This document shows, one piece after another, positions 28,481 to 42,282 of a stretch of DNA of 64,000 nt (the first letter of the stretch is position 1; each line of letters opens with the position of its first letter). The translations under genes and the position numbers were made by a program. This DNA is from Octopus sinensis (Eukaryota), in NCBI RefSeq assembly GCF_006345805.1, contig NC_043010.1, positions 31,124,001 to 31,188,000 on the forward strand, in the 5' to 3' direction. The notes under the pieces were generated by a model that made no database searches, was not told the DNA's origin, and saw only the letters and a program-made list of their open reading frames with translations.

Positions 28481-31132
28481 GAATCAAATAAGCAGTAGAC
28501 TGTATTAACTATTGGGGTTGACAAAACCTCTTTCAGATAGTATCCCAGGGTAGTTGCAGTGTGATTACTTAGAATGGAGAAAAAAATTATACAGAAGAGG
28601 TTTCAGTTGTGTACTGAATACATTAAAATCATTTGCCAGCAGCCTCTACAAATTACCTGTATTTGTAAGCCATACTCACTCTTGCAACCAACATATGATC
28701 CTGTATGCCAGTGTTCAACCAGCAACAAATAGCAACAATATCTCCCTCAAATCCCACTTTATTGTCTGAATGAGGATAAAGTAGATAATATAGACACTTG
28801 GTATACACAAATATGTCAAAGGTGGGACACCCATGAAAATAAGTCGGCTTGATCAGTGCCATGTAAAAGTACCCATACCAGTAGCATGTAAAAAGCACCC
28901 AGCAGCACACTGTAAAGTGGTTAGCATTAGAAAAGCATCCAGCCATAGAAACCATGCCAAAACAGACAACTGGAGCCTAGACAGCTCCTGTCAAACTGTT
29001 TTATCCATACCAGCATGGAAAACGGACATTAAATGATGATGCTGATGGTGGTGGTAGAGAAAATGGTTGGATCTCTTCAGTTTGAAATATTAACAGGGCA
29101 TTAAAGGTTCCGGTCGGTACAGGCAGGATTAGCAGATATGTGATACAGATACAATGTTAATAGACAGCATAGCTGGAAATATGTTGCATGCTGACAATGG
29201 AAGTTATAGTAGAATACCAAGGAAGACAAAAGAATCTGAGCTGAGACCTGAAGATGATGAGCCTCACAAACAATGATATCAGACTAAAATAAATGATAAT
29301 ATCCCATATTTGCAGCAGGCCCATCTAACTCTGTATGTACACAAAAATGAAGAATGAAATACATCTGTTGATTCAACTTTGTTGAAACAAATATAAATTA
29401 TGGGCGCTGCTGCTTGTTTTCTTTTAATTAAGTCATAAATAAATAAAAAAAACACAAGTGTGATTTGCAAAAAGTTGTTTTTATATACACAAATATATCT
29501 GTACAACATTGGTTTCATATCAGCAGAGAAGACTGGTGGATTTGAACCTGAATATGCCATTTTATTTTGTTTATAAGTCAATGTCATATAGTAAATATCC
29601 TTTGGAAATAGGTTTCATCAAGAGAAAAATAATTATTTTTTGTTTTTTTTTCTTTGTAATAGACAAAATTCAGTGATGAAAGAGAGATAAAAAAAAAACA
29701 TAAAAGAAATACAAAATAAATAAAATGTTATGTCAAAAATTACTTAAAAAATGACTAATTCTACCTTAGTAATTACATCTCCACCAACACCACCACCACA
29801 AGTCACAGCAGCAGTAGCATACTTTAATAAAAAACAAGGATTATGAAATGGTAGAGAAAGCGCCAACAAAATGTTTGTCTCTGTATAAGAAAGTGTCTAA
29901 ATGTGACAGTTGTGTAAACTAGAACTCAAGAGAATATATATATTATAGGATGGACAAAGTTCTATTGAACATCCAGTGTAAATGTAAAACAAAAGAAAAT
30001 TGATAAAAAGAAATCAAAAAGCAAAAACAAATATTCTGGGGGGTGGGTACATGTTTGCGTAGATGGAATGATTTAAGTTTGAGAGAAATTGCTTACTTTT
30101 CACAGCTGGATTACCTCTTCATACTGTTTACTCAACTTTGAAATAGAACTGAAGTCCACCCAACTGGAGCATATAAAGTTAGGTGCATTGCAAAATAATG
30201 GAACTAATGATTAATGACTTCAGTGATGGTGGTGGTGGGGGTGGGCGGTGGTCCCTCATTGTAATACAAAGTTAAATGATCTCTACACTACTGGGTTGTT
30301 GGAGCAACACTGAAGAGCCATTGACTGATACAAGGAGGAAGAATTTGACAAGAGACATGACAGTGAAGGGGGTGAGCCATGACTGTTACAGGGTGGATCA
30401 ATTCATAAGTAACATTGAGGTTCTGTAGTTGAGATGAGATTCTTGGAAATTATTCCTGTAAATGGTTCAAGCCTAAAAGGATCTGATGAGTAGAGAGAAA
30501 GTTGTTTAAATGCATTTTGATGGAATTCAGATGTACATTTGAATATGCAAATGGTGTTGCTTGTATGTATTCAAGTGTACGTAAGCATGTAAATTAGCTT
30601 GAGTAAGATGGATTTGCATTTCTGTGTGTGTGTGAGTTTATATGGGGGATAAAAAGAGAGAGGAGGAAAGAAAAAATGAAGAGAATACAGGAAGGAGCAA
30701 AGGAAAAAGAATGTTTTTTTTTTCTAAAGAAGTAAAGGGCCTTTAAGAAAGGAGAAAAAAAGCAAAGGTTCAAGTAGGCATTGGTTTATATATATATATA
30801 TATTACATAAAATGTTGAGGGAAAATAGAACAATGAAAATATAGATGAATGAAACAATATTGGTCCCAGTTTTAGGAAGGGCTGTGGTAAAGAGAGAAAC
30901 AAAGGTTTGGTCATTCTAGACTGAGAGAAACAAAGTACCAGTAAAGAAGGGTTGCTTTATAAAATGGATGAAGAAAAGGTGGGGTTTCAGTAGATTGTCT
31001 TTTATAGAAACAAGGGGTCAATAGAGACTAGACTCTTTTAAAGAATGAAACACGGGATGTTGAAACTAGTCTTATATATATAAAAAAAAAGGGATTAGTA
31101 TAGACTGGTCTTAAATAGAGAGAAATAATGGG

Positions 31133-31222
31133 TCAGTATAAACTAGTCTTTTTCATGATACGCAGGAATTCTTCTTGGTTCACTTCTCCATCATTATCCC
31201 GGTCAGCTTCATCTATCATTTC
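31133..31222 (-). CDS. CETN2: Centrin terminal exon, distal duplicate copy
   Basis: Identical exon and acceptor 920 bp downstream of the proximal copy. Confidence 0.85.
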   Translation of the reverse strand, partial: EMIDEADRDNDGEVNQEEFLRIMKKTSLY

Positions 31223-31676
31223 CTAGAGAGAAAAACAACATAAAAGGAAAAGTTGCAAAAGAGAATTTCAGATAAAACAGTGAATGCATGAGTGTGTTGT
31301 GTATGTGTGTGTGTAGAATAGTTGTTTATCATTGATCATTTAATACCCACTTTCCTACGCTTGCACAGGATGGACGAAATTTGATGAGGTGGATTTTTCT
31401 ATGGTCAGATACCTTTTTTGTCGCCAATTCCTCACCTGTTTCCAGACAAGATATTATTTTCCTATGGCCACACATGCTTTTCACAGAAGTCTGGAAACAA
31501 ACAACATTGCTTGTATGACAGTGATGCTCACTTATAACTATCATGTGATGTCAAGACGTGAGTACACACAAAATATAGCTAGGCATATTTTGCACAGTAA
31601 ACTAGAAATGAACAACCTCGCTTGTATAACAATGATGCTTATTTACAATCATCACATAGTGTATGACAAGGGGGCA

Positions 31677-31708
<32 letters not shown>

Positions 31709-32052
31709 TATATATATATATATTACATAAAATGTTGAGGGAAAATAGAACAATGAAAATATAGATGAATGAAACAATATTGGTCCCAGTTTTAGGAAGG
31801 GCTGTGGTAAAGAGAGAAACAAAGGTTTGGTCATTCTAGACTGAGAGAAACAAAGTACCAGTAAAGAAGGGTTGCTTTATAAAATGGATGAAGAAAAGGT
31901 GGGGTTTCAGTAGATTGTCTTTTATAGAAACAAGGGGTCAATAGAGACTAGACTCTTTTAAAGAATGAAACACGGGATGTTGAAACTAGTCTTATATATA
32001 TAAAAAAAAAGGGATTAGTATAGACTGGTCTTAAATAGAGAGAAATAATGGG

Positions 32053-32142
32053 TCAGTATAAACTAGTCTTTTTCATGATACGCAGGAATTCTTCTTGGTT
32101 CACTTCTCCATCATTATCCCGGTCAGCTTCATCTATCATTTC
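32053..32142 (-). CDS. CETN2: Centrin terminal exon, proximal copy (EF-hand 4)
   Basis: TTTTTCTCTCTAG|GAAATG...TACTGA; EMIDEADRDNDGEVNQEEFLRIMKKTSLY*. The spliced protein totals 169 aa. Confidence 0.95.
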   Translation of the reverse strand, partial: EMIDEADRDNDGEVNQEEFLRIMKKTSLY

Positions 32143-32596
32143 CTAGAGAGAAAAACAACATAAAAGGAAAAGTTGCAAAAGAGAATTTCAGATAAAACAG
32201 TGAATGCATGAGTGTGTTGTGTATGTGTGTGTGTAGAATAGTTGTTTATCATTGATCATTTAATACCCACTTTCCTACGCTTGCACAGGATGGACGAAAT
32301 TTGATGAGGTGGATTTTTCTATGGTCAGATACCTTTTTTGTCGCCAATTCCTCACCTGTTTCCAGACAAGATATTATTTTCCTATGGCCACACATGCTTT
32401 TCACAGAAGTCTGGAAACAAACAACATTGCTTGTATGACAGTGATGCTCACTTATAACTATCATGTGATGTCAAGACGTGAGTACACACAAAATATAGCT
32501 AGGCATATTTTGCACAGTAAACTAGAAATGAACAACCTCGCTTGTATAACAATGATGCTTATTTACAATCATCACATAGTGTATGACAAGGGGGCA

Positions 32597-32630
<34 letters not shown>

Positions 32631-33283
32631 TATATATATATATATATAGCCTGGGACTATAGCAAAAGTCACTTGACCGAGTGCCATGCCACACAGTAGG
32701 AATGAACCTGAGACCACATGGTAAGGCAGCAAGCTTTTTAACCACACTATCATGCCTATGTTTATATGTCTTTATACATATTCATGTCTATGTGTGCATA
32801 CATTGGAAAGATACCTGCTTGTAATAATTTAAGTGAGAGCTTGTTAATTGCTAAAGTACTTTCAGATGGAGCAGTAATTACAGCATTAACTTCTCTGTCA
32901 AGATTTGAGAGCTGCTATTGTTTGGCTCTGGCTCACTGCTGCTGCAACAAATCTATAATCAAAGGTGCTCCACCCATGACCATTCATCTTCAATCATTTT
33001 TATGATGAGTGTGCTGTTGATAGCAAAAAAAAAAGTACCCAGTACACTCTGTAACATGGTTGGCATTTAGAAGGGCATCGAGCTATAGAAACCTTGCCCA
33101 AGCAAATCTATATAGCCCTCAGGTTAGTTAGGTCCTGTAGAACTACCCAAGCCAGGAACAGTATGGAATACAAAGTTTTAAAATGATGATGATAGTGGAC
33201 TTGTTGAGTGTTCCACCTCTGATAAAGGTAGTGTAGTTTATCAGGCAGTGAAGCATGGATCAGACTAACAGATAATACAGTTT

Positions 33284-33560
33284 TATATTTAAGAGATGAG
33301 GAATTATGTACATTTACAATTGACGGATATTTGTCCTCATCTTGTTTGTTGTTAATACAACGTTTCGGTTGATATACCCTCCAGCCTTCATCAGGTGTCT
33401 TGGATAAATTTTGAACCTGGGTTCTTATTCCTAAGGTATTTTTCGATGTTGTTATTATTATTATTATTATTATTCAGGTCACTGCCTGGAATCGAACTCG
33501 GAGTCTTGGGGTTAGTAACATGCACTCTTAACCACTACGCTATATGCCCATGGGCATATG
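33284..33560 (-). mobile_element. tRNA-headed short element with a hammerhead-ribozyme-like motif
   Basis: Minus strand: A box TAGCGTAGTGG, B box GAGTTCGATTCC, (AAT)n linker, then GACAC-CTGATGA-AGGCTG..CAACC-GAAACGTT-GTATT. Confidence 0.75.
33355..33400 (-). ncRNA. Minimal type I hammerhead ribozyme motif (degenerate copy)
   Basis: CUGAUGA and GAAAC core boxes, stem II GGCUG/CA(A)CC, palindromic ACGU in place of stem III, GUU triplet, stem I GACAC/GUAUU. Confidence 0.6.
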
Positions 33561-33932
33561 TAACAGATAATTCAAGGCTGTAGAGTTAAACTAAGTGGAA
33601 ATAGTCTCCCTCATTAGAGATTCACCATCAGCATCATTTAACAAACCCATTTCCATGCTTGGCATGAGACAGATAGAATTTATTGAGGTAAATTTTCTGC
33701 AGCCAGATGCTCCTCCTGTCACCAAACCTCACCTGTTTTCATACAATTTAATATTTCCCCCATGGCTATTTTTCTCACAGAAGACTGGAAATGAACAACC
33801 TTGTTTGTATGATCATCATTCTTATTTATAAACATCCAGTGATGTCTAGACAAGAGTATACACAAACAAATAATATTCATATGTATGTGAATATATTGTA
33901 TGTGTATGTATGTGTGTGTGTGTGTGTGTGTG

Positions 33933-33985
<53 letters not shown>

Positions 33986-34109
33986 AGATAGATTGAATAA
34001 GTACCAAGCTTTAAAAAGAAATAAGTACTGGGGTCGATTCATTTGATGAGAAACCCTTCACTGTGGTGCTCCAGCATGGCTGCAGTTAAATGACTGAAAC
34101 AAGAAGATA

Positions 34110-34146
<37 letters not shown>

Positions 34147-34498
34147 GACAAGCAATAAGAGAAGGCACTTGCCCAAGGTTCTATGCATTAAGACTGCATT
34201 CAAGATCACATGGTTGGGAAGCAAGCTTCTCAACCAGACAGCCATGCCAATGCTGAAACGTTCTGGGAATGTTAATTACCAGAGACTCTCTCTCACCCAC
34301 TCAGAACTACTGAACGGAGACAGATATTTATTGATTTATGTTTTTCTTCTATTCTTAAATATTTTCTTTTATTAACAAGTTGATGGATGGATGCTAAATT
34401 AATTTACACGACCTCTCAGACAAATGGAAGGTAAGGAAAACACCATTTCAAGATATCAATTCTAACACATGAAGGAATCTAATTCTTGTTAAACCCAC

Positions 34499-34683
34499 CT
34501 GTAGTTCTTCATCTGTTAGGTTCTCTCCAAGTTCCTTAGCAACACGCTTCAGATTCTTAAATGAGATTTTTCCAGTTTCATCATCATCAAACAGTCTGAA
34601 TGCCTTGAGGATCTCTTCTTTGGTGTCTTTGTCGCTCATCTTCTGAGACATGATGGTTAAAAAGTCATTGAAGTCAATGGTTC
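34499..34683 (-). CDS. CETN2: Centrin exon 4
   Basis: TGTAG|GA...CAG|GTGGGT; 185 nt; [62 protein letters not shown]. Confidence 0.98.
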
Positions 34684-34749
34684 CTACAATAGCCAGTGGT
34701 CAAATACAACAAAATGAATATATTTTAGATGAAATTTTCATCTTTTATT

Positions 34750-35710
34750 TGTTTTAGTCATTGGACAGCAGAGAAGCTGGCACACCATGTTGAAGGGTTT
34801 TGGCAGAACAAATCAACCCCATTACTTAGGGGTTTTTTTTTTCTTTAATCAGCTATTTCTTCTTTCAGTTTCCTTTGCTGAACTGCTGATATAAACAGAC
34901 CAATACCAGTTGTTAAGTAGTGGTAGTGTGTAACAAACACACATATATTATACATAATATAGACACACACATTATACAGAATATACAAACACACAAGAGG
35001 TTCTACATAGTTTCCATTTACTCACAAGGCTATGGTCAGCCTGGGGCTGTAATAGATAACCTCATCATCAACATTAATGGACAGCTATAAGCAAGAAAGT
35101 AACATAGTCAGATTTAACCCATGGTAATGTGGTTACAAAGTGAGTTTCTTAACCACACACAATTTTAATAAAGTCATTAATATATACTCACATATATATA
35201 CACGTAAGTACTGACACCAGCCTTCCTCTAGATTCAGCTTCAACATAAAAAAACCCTCCACATTGCCTATCAGTTCTCTACATATAACCTTAACAGAAAT
35301 ATCAGTCCTTTACAAACACCTGAAACATCACAAAGACCAGCTACCTACATAATGAAGTTTAAGTCCCACTGTGTGGCACCTTGGGCAAGTGTTTCCTACT
35401 TGCCTTGGGCCAACCCAAAGCCTTGCAAGTGGATTTGGTAAACAAAATGAAAGAAGCCCGTCATATATATATATATATACACACACATACACACACACAT
35501 ATATGGGTGTGTTTGTGTTGGTGTCCCCCCCCCTATTGTTTGACAACTGATGTTGGTGTATTTACGCCACCGTACCTTAGTGGCTCAGCAAAAGAGATTG
35601 ATGGAATAAGTACCAGGCTTATAAAGAAGAAGTCCAGGGGTTGATATCTTCAACTAAAAGGTAGTGCTCCAACATGACCACAGTCAAAATGACTGAAACA
35701 AGTAAAAACA
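34750..35710. mobile_element. Inverted pair of 28068-type SINEs in centrin intron 3 (34750-35050 minus, 35345-35710 plus)
   Basis: Body and tail segments match the family in opposite orientations. Confidence 0.7.
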
Positions 35711-36114
35711 TAAAAGAATACACATGTTCAGAAATACATATTAGTTTTCATGCACCTTCTTACATGATACTATACAAACATATAAACCAGTGGTCCTCAA
35801 CCATGGCCCATATGGCCCTTGTGGGGTGGTCTATACAATATTTTGTTAAAGTTTATGTCCAATAAATTGTTTATACTTCTACAATATGCAAAATATTTTA
35901 ATATTTTTTTAATACAATTCCTAATAATATATAATTATAAAAATAGTATAAGATTTTTTTTAAAACATGGAATGGTTATGAGAGTTCACCTGAATAAAAG
36001 AATGAAAGGGGTTCCACAGGCAAAAGTGGTCGAGAATCACTGATATAAACGAAAAAATTAACTTCAAAATAAGGTCAGGTACGCATAGAAAATATGGTAA
36101 GTTCAAATACATAC

Positions 36115-36196
36115 CAGTGCCATTTTTGTCCACTTGAGCTATCATTGATTTGATGTCCTCTTTCTTTGGTTCAAAACCAAGAGCCCTCATGGCAAC
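36115..36196 (-). CDS. CETN2: Centrin exon 3
   Basis: ATTAG|GTT...ACTG|GTATGT; 82 nt; [27 protein letters not shown]. Confidence 0.97.
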
Positions 36197-36259
36197 CTAA
36201 TGATAAAAACAATCATCATCATCATCACTACCACCACTACACTGAAACAATTACTTTTA

Positions 36260-36640
36260 ATAAGGTTTTCATGCCTATCCTCACCTATGGTTATGAATGT
36301 TGGGTAATGACCAAAAGGATCTCTGGAATTAACATTCCTCAACAGGGGGTGCAGCTAGATCAAGGAATCTCTCCAGGTCAAGCTGCTTCTTCACCATATT
36401 GAGATGTCATAGCTCTGGTACTATGGACATGTAATTAAAATGTCATAGGAAGGAATCACAAAACAGATTCTTCAAGCAAAGCCAACTAGCAGGAGACCTA
36501 GAAGCAGACCATGGAAGGATAATATCCATAGCCCCAGTTGGTGACACTTGGGAATCCAATCAGACGGTATAATGATAGTTGCTTCTGATAAAGCCTTATG
36601 GATGAAATGCCCGAGGACACTACTCTGAGGAATAGTGAGC
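36260..36640 (+). mobile_element. RTE-type LINE remnant
   Basis: PILTYGYECWVMTKR; YGHVIKM..ITKQILQAKPTSRRPRSRP..WKDNI. Confidence 0.7.
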
Positions 36641-37863
36641 GGGATGGATAAATAGAAACAATTGTAGTTTGTTATGAATCACAGATGACTGTGAAATGTG
36701 ATGCTTATTTATTCACATTGTTTTGAATTAATCATGAATTATTATCTTGTAGCACTGAGATTTTGATGAAGTGACAATTTATTTTTAGAATGACATTGTA
36801 GGGTAGGTGTGAGAGCCAGATATGGCTGGCTTGAACACAAAACATGTAGAATATTTGAGCCAGATATAGCTGGTTTAAATGCTAAAGGGTTAAGGTCCAG
36901 GGTAACTGCCCGCAATGGTCACATTTACCTATCTTGTCCTTCGGTTAATAGTAATTAAGGGTACAATATGTATGGCCTGTAAAATGTGCAATATGCCCTG
37001 GTCACCATTCTGTACTTAATGCACAATTTACAAAAACTGCCACACAGTATCTAACAGAATACAACAGGCCCAGACTACCACATTCAGCTCATAGGATACA
37101 CCCAGTCTGTCACATTACAACTAACATACTGTTACACAATAGTTTACAAAGCATGTTGTATATATTTGTGTGTGTGTGTGTGTCTTTGCTTGTACCTTTG
37201 CTTAGACATCATCATGTGATGGGTTGTAAATGAGTTATGATCATCATACAAGCAAGGTCATTCATTTCCATCTTCCATGAAAAACATATTTAGCTAAGGG
37301 ACAATATGAACTTGTCACAACAAAATTCTCCTCTAACCCATGCAAGCATGGAAAAGTAGACATCAAACCTTTAGCATTTAAACCAGCCATATTTGGCTTA
37401 AATATTCTACCTGATATATACTCAAATCAGCCAGATCTAGCCTCTTTACACCTACCATAAAATGTCATTCTAAAAATATATAACCTCATTATCAAAGTTT
37501 TGGAGTTATCAGATGATGTATGAATAATTCCAAACAATGTGAATAAACAAACATTTGACAGAGAAATCTGAATACTAATGGGTTAAACCTTTAAATTGGC
37601 CATATCCAGTCCAAATATCCTACATGTTTTTTTGTTAAAACTGACCAGATCCAACCTCTCACATCAACCCTACAATATCATTCTAAAAGTATACTGTCAT
37701 ATCTTTGCAATATTGAGGCTACAAGATAGTACCTCATTAATTCAAAACAATGTGAATAAATAAGAAGTAAACTCAACAAAGAAATTTGAATGCTTAAAGG
37801 GTTAAACAAACTAGATGTCACTAAAGCATTCACTGCCAACTACTTCAGTAATTCAAATTGAGT

Positions 37864-38090
37864 ATTCATCATCATCATCATCATTTAGCGTCCGCTTTCC
37901 ATGGGTTGGACGGTTCAACTGGGGTCTGGGAAGCCAGAAGGCTGCACCAGGCCCAGTCTGATCTGGCAATGTTTCTATGGCTGGATGCCCTTCCTAACAC
38001 CAACCACTCCGTGAGTGTAGTGGGTGCTTTTACGTGCCACCAGTACAGGTGCCAGATGAGGCTGGCAAACGGCCACAATCGGATGGTGCT
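37864..38090 (-). mobile_element. (GAT)n-tailed SINE-like repeat in centrin intron 2
   Basis: Same family as 6331-6690. Confidence 0.85.
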
Positions 38091-39229
38091 TTCAGAATGT
38101 CTCCATTCCTTCTTTGAGGATCTTGAAAGGCTATGAACAGTGTCTCTGCTCTTGAGACTAAATTTTGAAAAGAAAATATGCTAATTTGACAGGACCTGAC
38201 CGTGTTGCCTTGAAGTATTTGATGGCCACAGTTCTTTCTGGCACAAGAGAGAAACAGACACATGCATACACAAGTAGAAATATACACATAGAGATAGAAT
38301 AAGTGAGGAACAAAGAGAGACAGACATTACAATTTGTTAACTGAGCATAACTGATATAAACACTTTCCTAATCCTCATACACATAAAAAGAAATAAGTTC
38401 ACATACATAGACAAGACAATGGGGTGTGTGAGAGAAATACTGCTTTTAAATTTTGGCACAAGGCCAGCAAGATCAGTGAGGTGGGTAAGTTGATAACATC
38501 AACTCCACTGTTCAATTGGCACGTATTTTATCAACTCCAAAAAGAAGAAATTTAAAGTCGACCCCAGCAGGATTTGAACTCAGATCTTAAAGACAGACAA
38601 AATGCCACTAAGTATTCTGCCTGGCATGTTAACGATTCTGTCAGCTCACCACCTTAAGAATGAGAGAAATATTAAAATGTCTGATGTCAGATAAGTCAAT
38701 GTTCAATCAGTGATGCCAAAATGACTGTACCAATATATCTTCATACAACCTTTGACTCTGTAGTATAAATACTCTTTCACACACAAGTCAGAGTAACAGT
38801 AATACCACCGACAGTTCAGCACAAAGTCATTCAAGTCCTTAATAACAATACTATCTCTCAAATAAGTTGTATACATTCAAGCTTTAGTTACTTAGCAAGA
38901 ATATTCTCTTCCATTTGCTAAAGAAAAAGAAAAGAACTAAAACAGCTACTCAGTAAACGATGAGCTGACATCAGAAACTTCTATGTGGCTATTTGATCTG
39001 CTAGAAATAGTAGCTAAATCTCTCTTGAATTACATCCTGCAGTCTAAAAGAGCAAAAAAAATGGAAAAGTCACATTGGATGTCACATTGAAGATACTTCT
39101 TAAAAAGGTAGGATGCTCATAATCAGAACACCTTTGATCATGGACTTGCAGGATTACAGTTGGTTTGAATTTAAACAACTTATCGAAAGTACTCCCTATT
39201 CTTGAGTCGAGAGAAATGTATGTTATTTA

Positions 39230-39385
<156 letters not shown>

Positions 39386-39504
39386 CTACAGGGTAGAAAA
39401 AAAAGTGGAGATAATCTGACACTTAGATGTTAATCAACGATAAACAAAACAATGTGTGTGTATGTGGAGGCAGTAGATTTATCTAAATATCATATATTTA
39501 AATA

Positions 39505-39860
39505 AGGACCCGAGTGTGATCGTTGCCAGAGCAGCCAACTGGCTTCCGTGCCAGTGGCATGTAAAAGGGCACCATTCGAGCATGATCGTTACCAACGTCG
39601 CCTTATTGGCACCTGTGCTGGTGGTATGTGTTAAAGGATACGAGTGAGTTGCCAGTACCGCCTGACTGGCCCCACTGCCGGTGGCACGTAAAAAGCACCC
39701 ACTACACTCTCGGAGTGGTTGGCATTAGGAAGGGCATCAAGCTGTAGAAACTCTGCCAAATCAAGATTGGAGCCTGGTACAGCCATCTGGTTCGCCAGCC
39801 CTCAGTCAAAATCGTGCAACCCATGCTAGCATGGAAAGCGGACGTTAAACAATGATGATT
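39505..39860 (+). mobile_element. (GAT)n-tailed SINE-like repeat in centrin intron 1, opposite orientation
   Basis: Ends CCCATGCTAGCATGGAAAGCGGACGTTAAACAATGATGAT. Confidence 0.85.
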
Positions 39861-41893
39861 AGCAGAATCATTAGAGCAACAGATAAAATTCCTAGGGATA
39901 TTTACTTACAGTTCTTTTTTTTTGTTCAAATCCTAGCATTGTCAATTTTGTTCATCCATGTTGGGGTTGATAAAACAGAATACTGGTTAAGTACTGGGGC
40001 TGTACCCTTCCCTAAATTCATTGTATCATCATCACCAGATAACATCTCTGTTCCATGCTGGCATGGGATGGATAGTTTGACAGAATCCCATGGGTCTAAG
40101 GAGTGCTTCATGCTCGAGTGTCTGTTTGGCATAATTTCTATGGATAGACACCATTTCTAATACTAACCACTTTACAGTGTGTATTGGATGCTTCCTTTTG
40201 TGCCATCAGCATTGGTGAGATTGTTATGCAGCATGCAAAACTATGATCTCTGTGTGGAGCACCTTTATGCTAGGAGAATAAGGAGTAGACAGGTGTAACG
40301 TAGGAGCAGAATGGGTTTCTTGCTGATGAGGAAAGTTAGTTGCCTAAAATATTATCATCATTTCCTATCTGCTTTCCATGCTGGCATAGGCTGGATGGTT
40401 CAACAGGTTGGAGGACCATGTCTTACTCCAATGTCACAATTTTGGCATAGTTTCTGAAGCTAGATGCCCTTCCTATGCCAACCACTTCAATGAGTACATT
40501 TTTCATGGACCCCAGCACTAGTGAGGTTGCCTTAATAATTTCACTTCTAGTGTATTCAATGTCACATGTTTGGTCACAGGAAAAGAAATTACACATGATT
40601 TTTGTACAGAGTGACAACTAAAAGTTAGAGGGAATATCTCTAATGTATAATCACATTGACTTTTCTTTAGTAAGAAATTTATTTTAAAAAATAGATTTAT
40701 TATAACTGCTTTATAAAATACATTGAAAAAGTTCACACATCTCAACCAAAACAAATTCAAAACAACCTTTGAACTTAGACTCATATAGGCCATAAAAATG
40801 CATTGGCTATCAAGGCAGCATAGTTGAAATCACAAAATTGTAGTTTTACGTGCATAAAAATATGTGTATTGCAATGAGCTGGCAGGATCATTAGCACACT
40901 GGACAAAATGAGCAGCATTATTTTTGCCTGTTTTTACATTCTGAGCTCAAATTCTGCTGAAGTCAACTTTGCTTTCCAACTTTTCAGAGTTGATAAATTA
41001 AGTACCAGTTGAGCACTGGTGTTTGATGTGATTGACTAGCTCCTTCCCCTAAAATTTCAGACCTTGTGCCTACAGTAACAATAATTATACAGGACATCTT
41101 ATAGTTGCATGACTTGAGTTTTAAATCTAAGGATTTGTTGATCTAAGCATTCATTTAGTTGTACTTTATCACTGCTACAGATCTACACAAACATCATTCG
41201 ATTTTGCGATTGTAAACATCACCAATGATATTCTTACAAATTTGCACTGATAACAGATCATTCTGGAGTATTCTTCAAGTTTTGAAATAGCTCCAGTTCT
41301 TATTGGGTACTTCTAGACATTGCACCTATGCTCCATAGGTGACTGGGTTATAGCCACCTATGTAACGCAGACCTCCCTTGATCCTTGGGGATGTAACTGA
41401 GCCTTGGTTTAATTCAAGACCAATTATTTTGGCATCAGTCAGTTTCTGGATAACTGAATTAACCCTTTAGCATTCAGATTATTCTGTCAAATGCAGTGCT
41501 TATTTATTCACATTGTTTCATATTAATCATGCATTATCTTGAAGATTCAAGATTTCAATGATGTGACTGTTTATTTTTAGAATAATATTGTGGGATAAGT
41601 GTAAGAGGCCAGATGTGGCCAGCCTGAACATAAAACAAGTAGAATATTTGGACTGAATATGGCCAGTTTAAATGCTGAAGGGTTTACTCAGGAATATAAC
41701 AGAAAGTCAAAGCTAGCCTTTCTGAAATATGAACTCATAACATTAGTGGAGCTAAATCAATCAGATACAGAAAAGCATTCAGTCCTGCATTTTCCTGTGC
41801 TAACTATCTCAACGGTAATAACTACCATATGCTATTAAATTGTGGCAAACTCATTGATTTCTATTCCTTGTGAGAGATATATCTTTCATACCA

Positions 41894-42282
41894 CAGGCAT
41901 GACTGTGTGCTAAGACGCTTGCTGCCCAACCACATGGTTCAGGTTTAATCTCACTACATGGCACTTTGGGCAAGTGTTTTCTACTTTTACCTTGGGCTGA
42001 CCACAGCCTTGTCAATGGACTTGATAGATGGAAACTGAAAGAAACCTGTTGTATGTATGCATGCATGTATGTATATTTATGTGTGTCTTTGTGTCTGTTT
42101 GTCCTCTCCACCATTGATAACCGATGCCGGTGTGTTTATGTCCCTGTAACTAAGTGGTTCAGCATTAGAGATTTTGTACTGGGCTTACAAAAAATAAATC
42201 CTGGGGTTGATGTCTTCAACTAAATCCCTTTAAAGCAGTGCTCCAGCATGGCTACAGTCAAATGACTGAAATGTGTAAAAGA
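41894..42282 (+). mobile_element. 28068-type SINE
   Basis: Head, microsatellite and tail are all present. Confidence 0.8.

Larger units (their letters stand above)
30788..32648. repeat. Tandem duplication, 920-bp unit, containing the centrin last exon
   Basis: TATTACATAAAATGTTGAGG occurs at 30801 and 31721. The units are essentially identical and bounded by (TA)n/(TG)n tracts. Confidence 0.95.

Noticed and set aside
31329-32662. Identical ORF pairs (71 aa; 113/117 aa)
   Set aside because: Intronic repeat-derived sequence copied by the 920-bp duplication.
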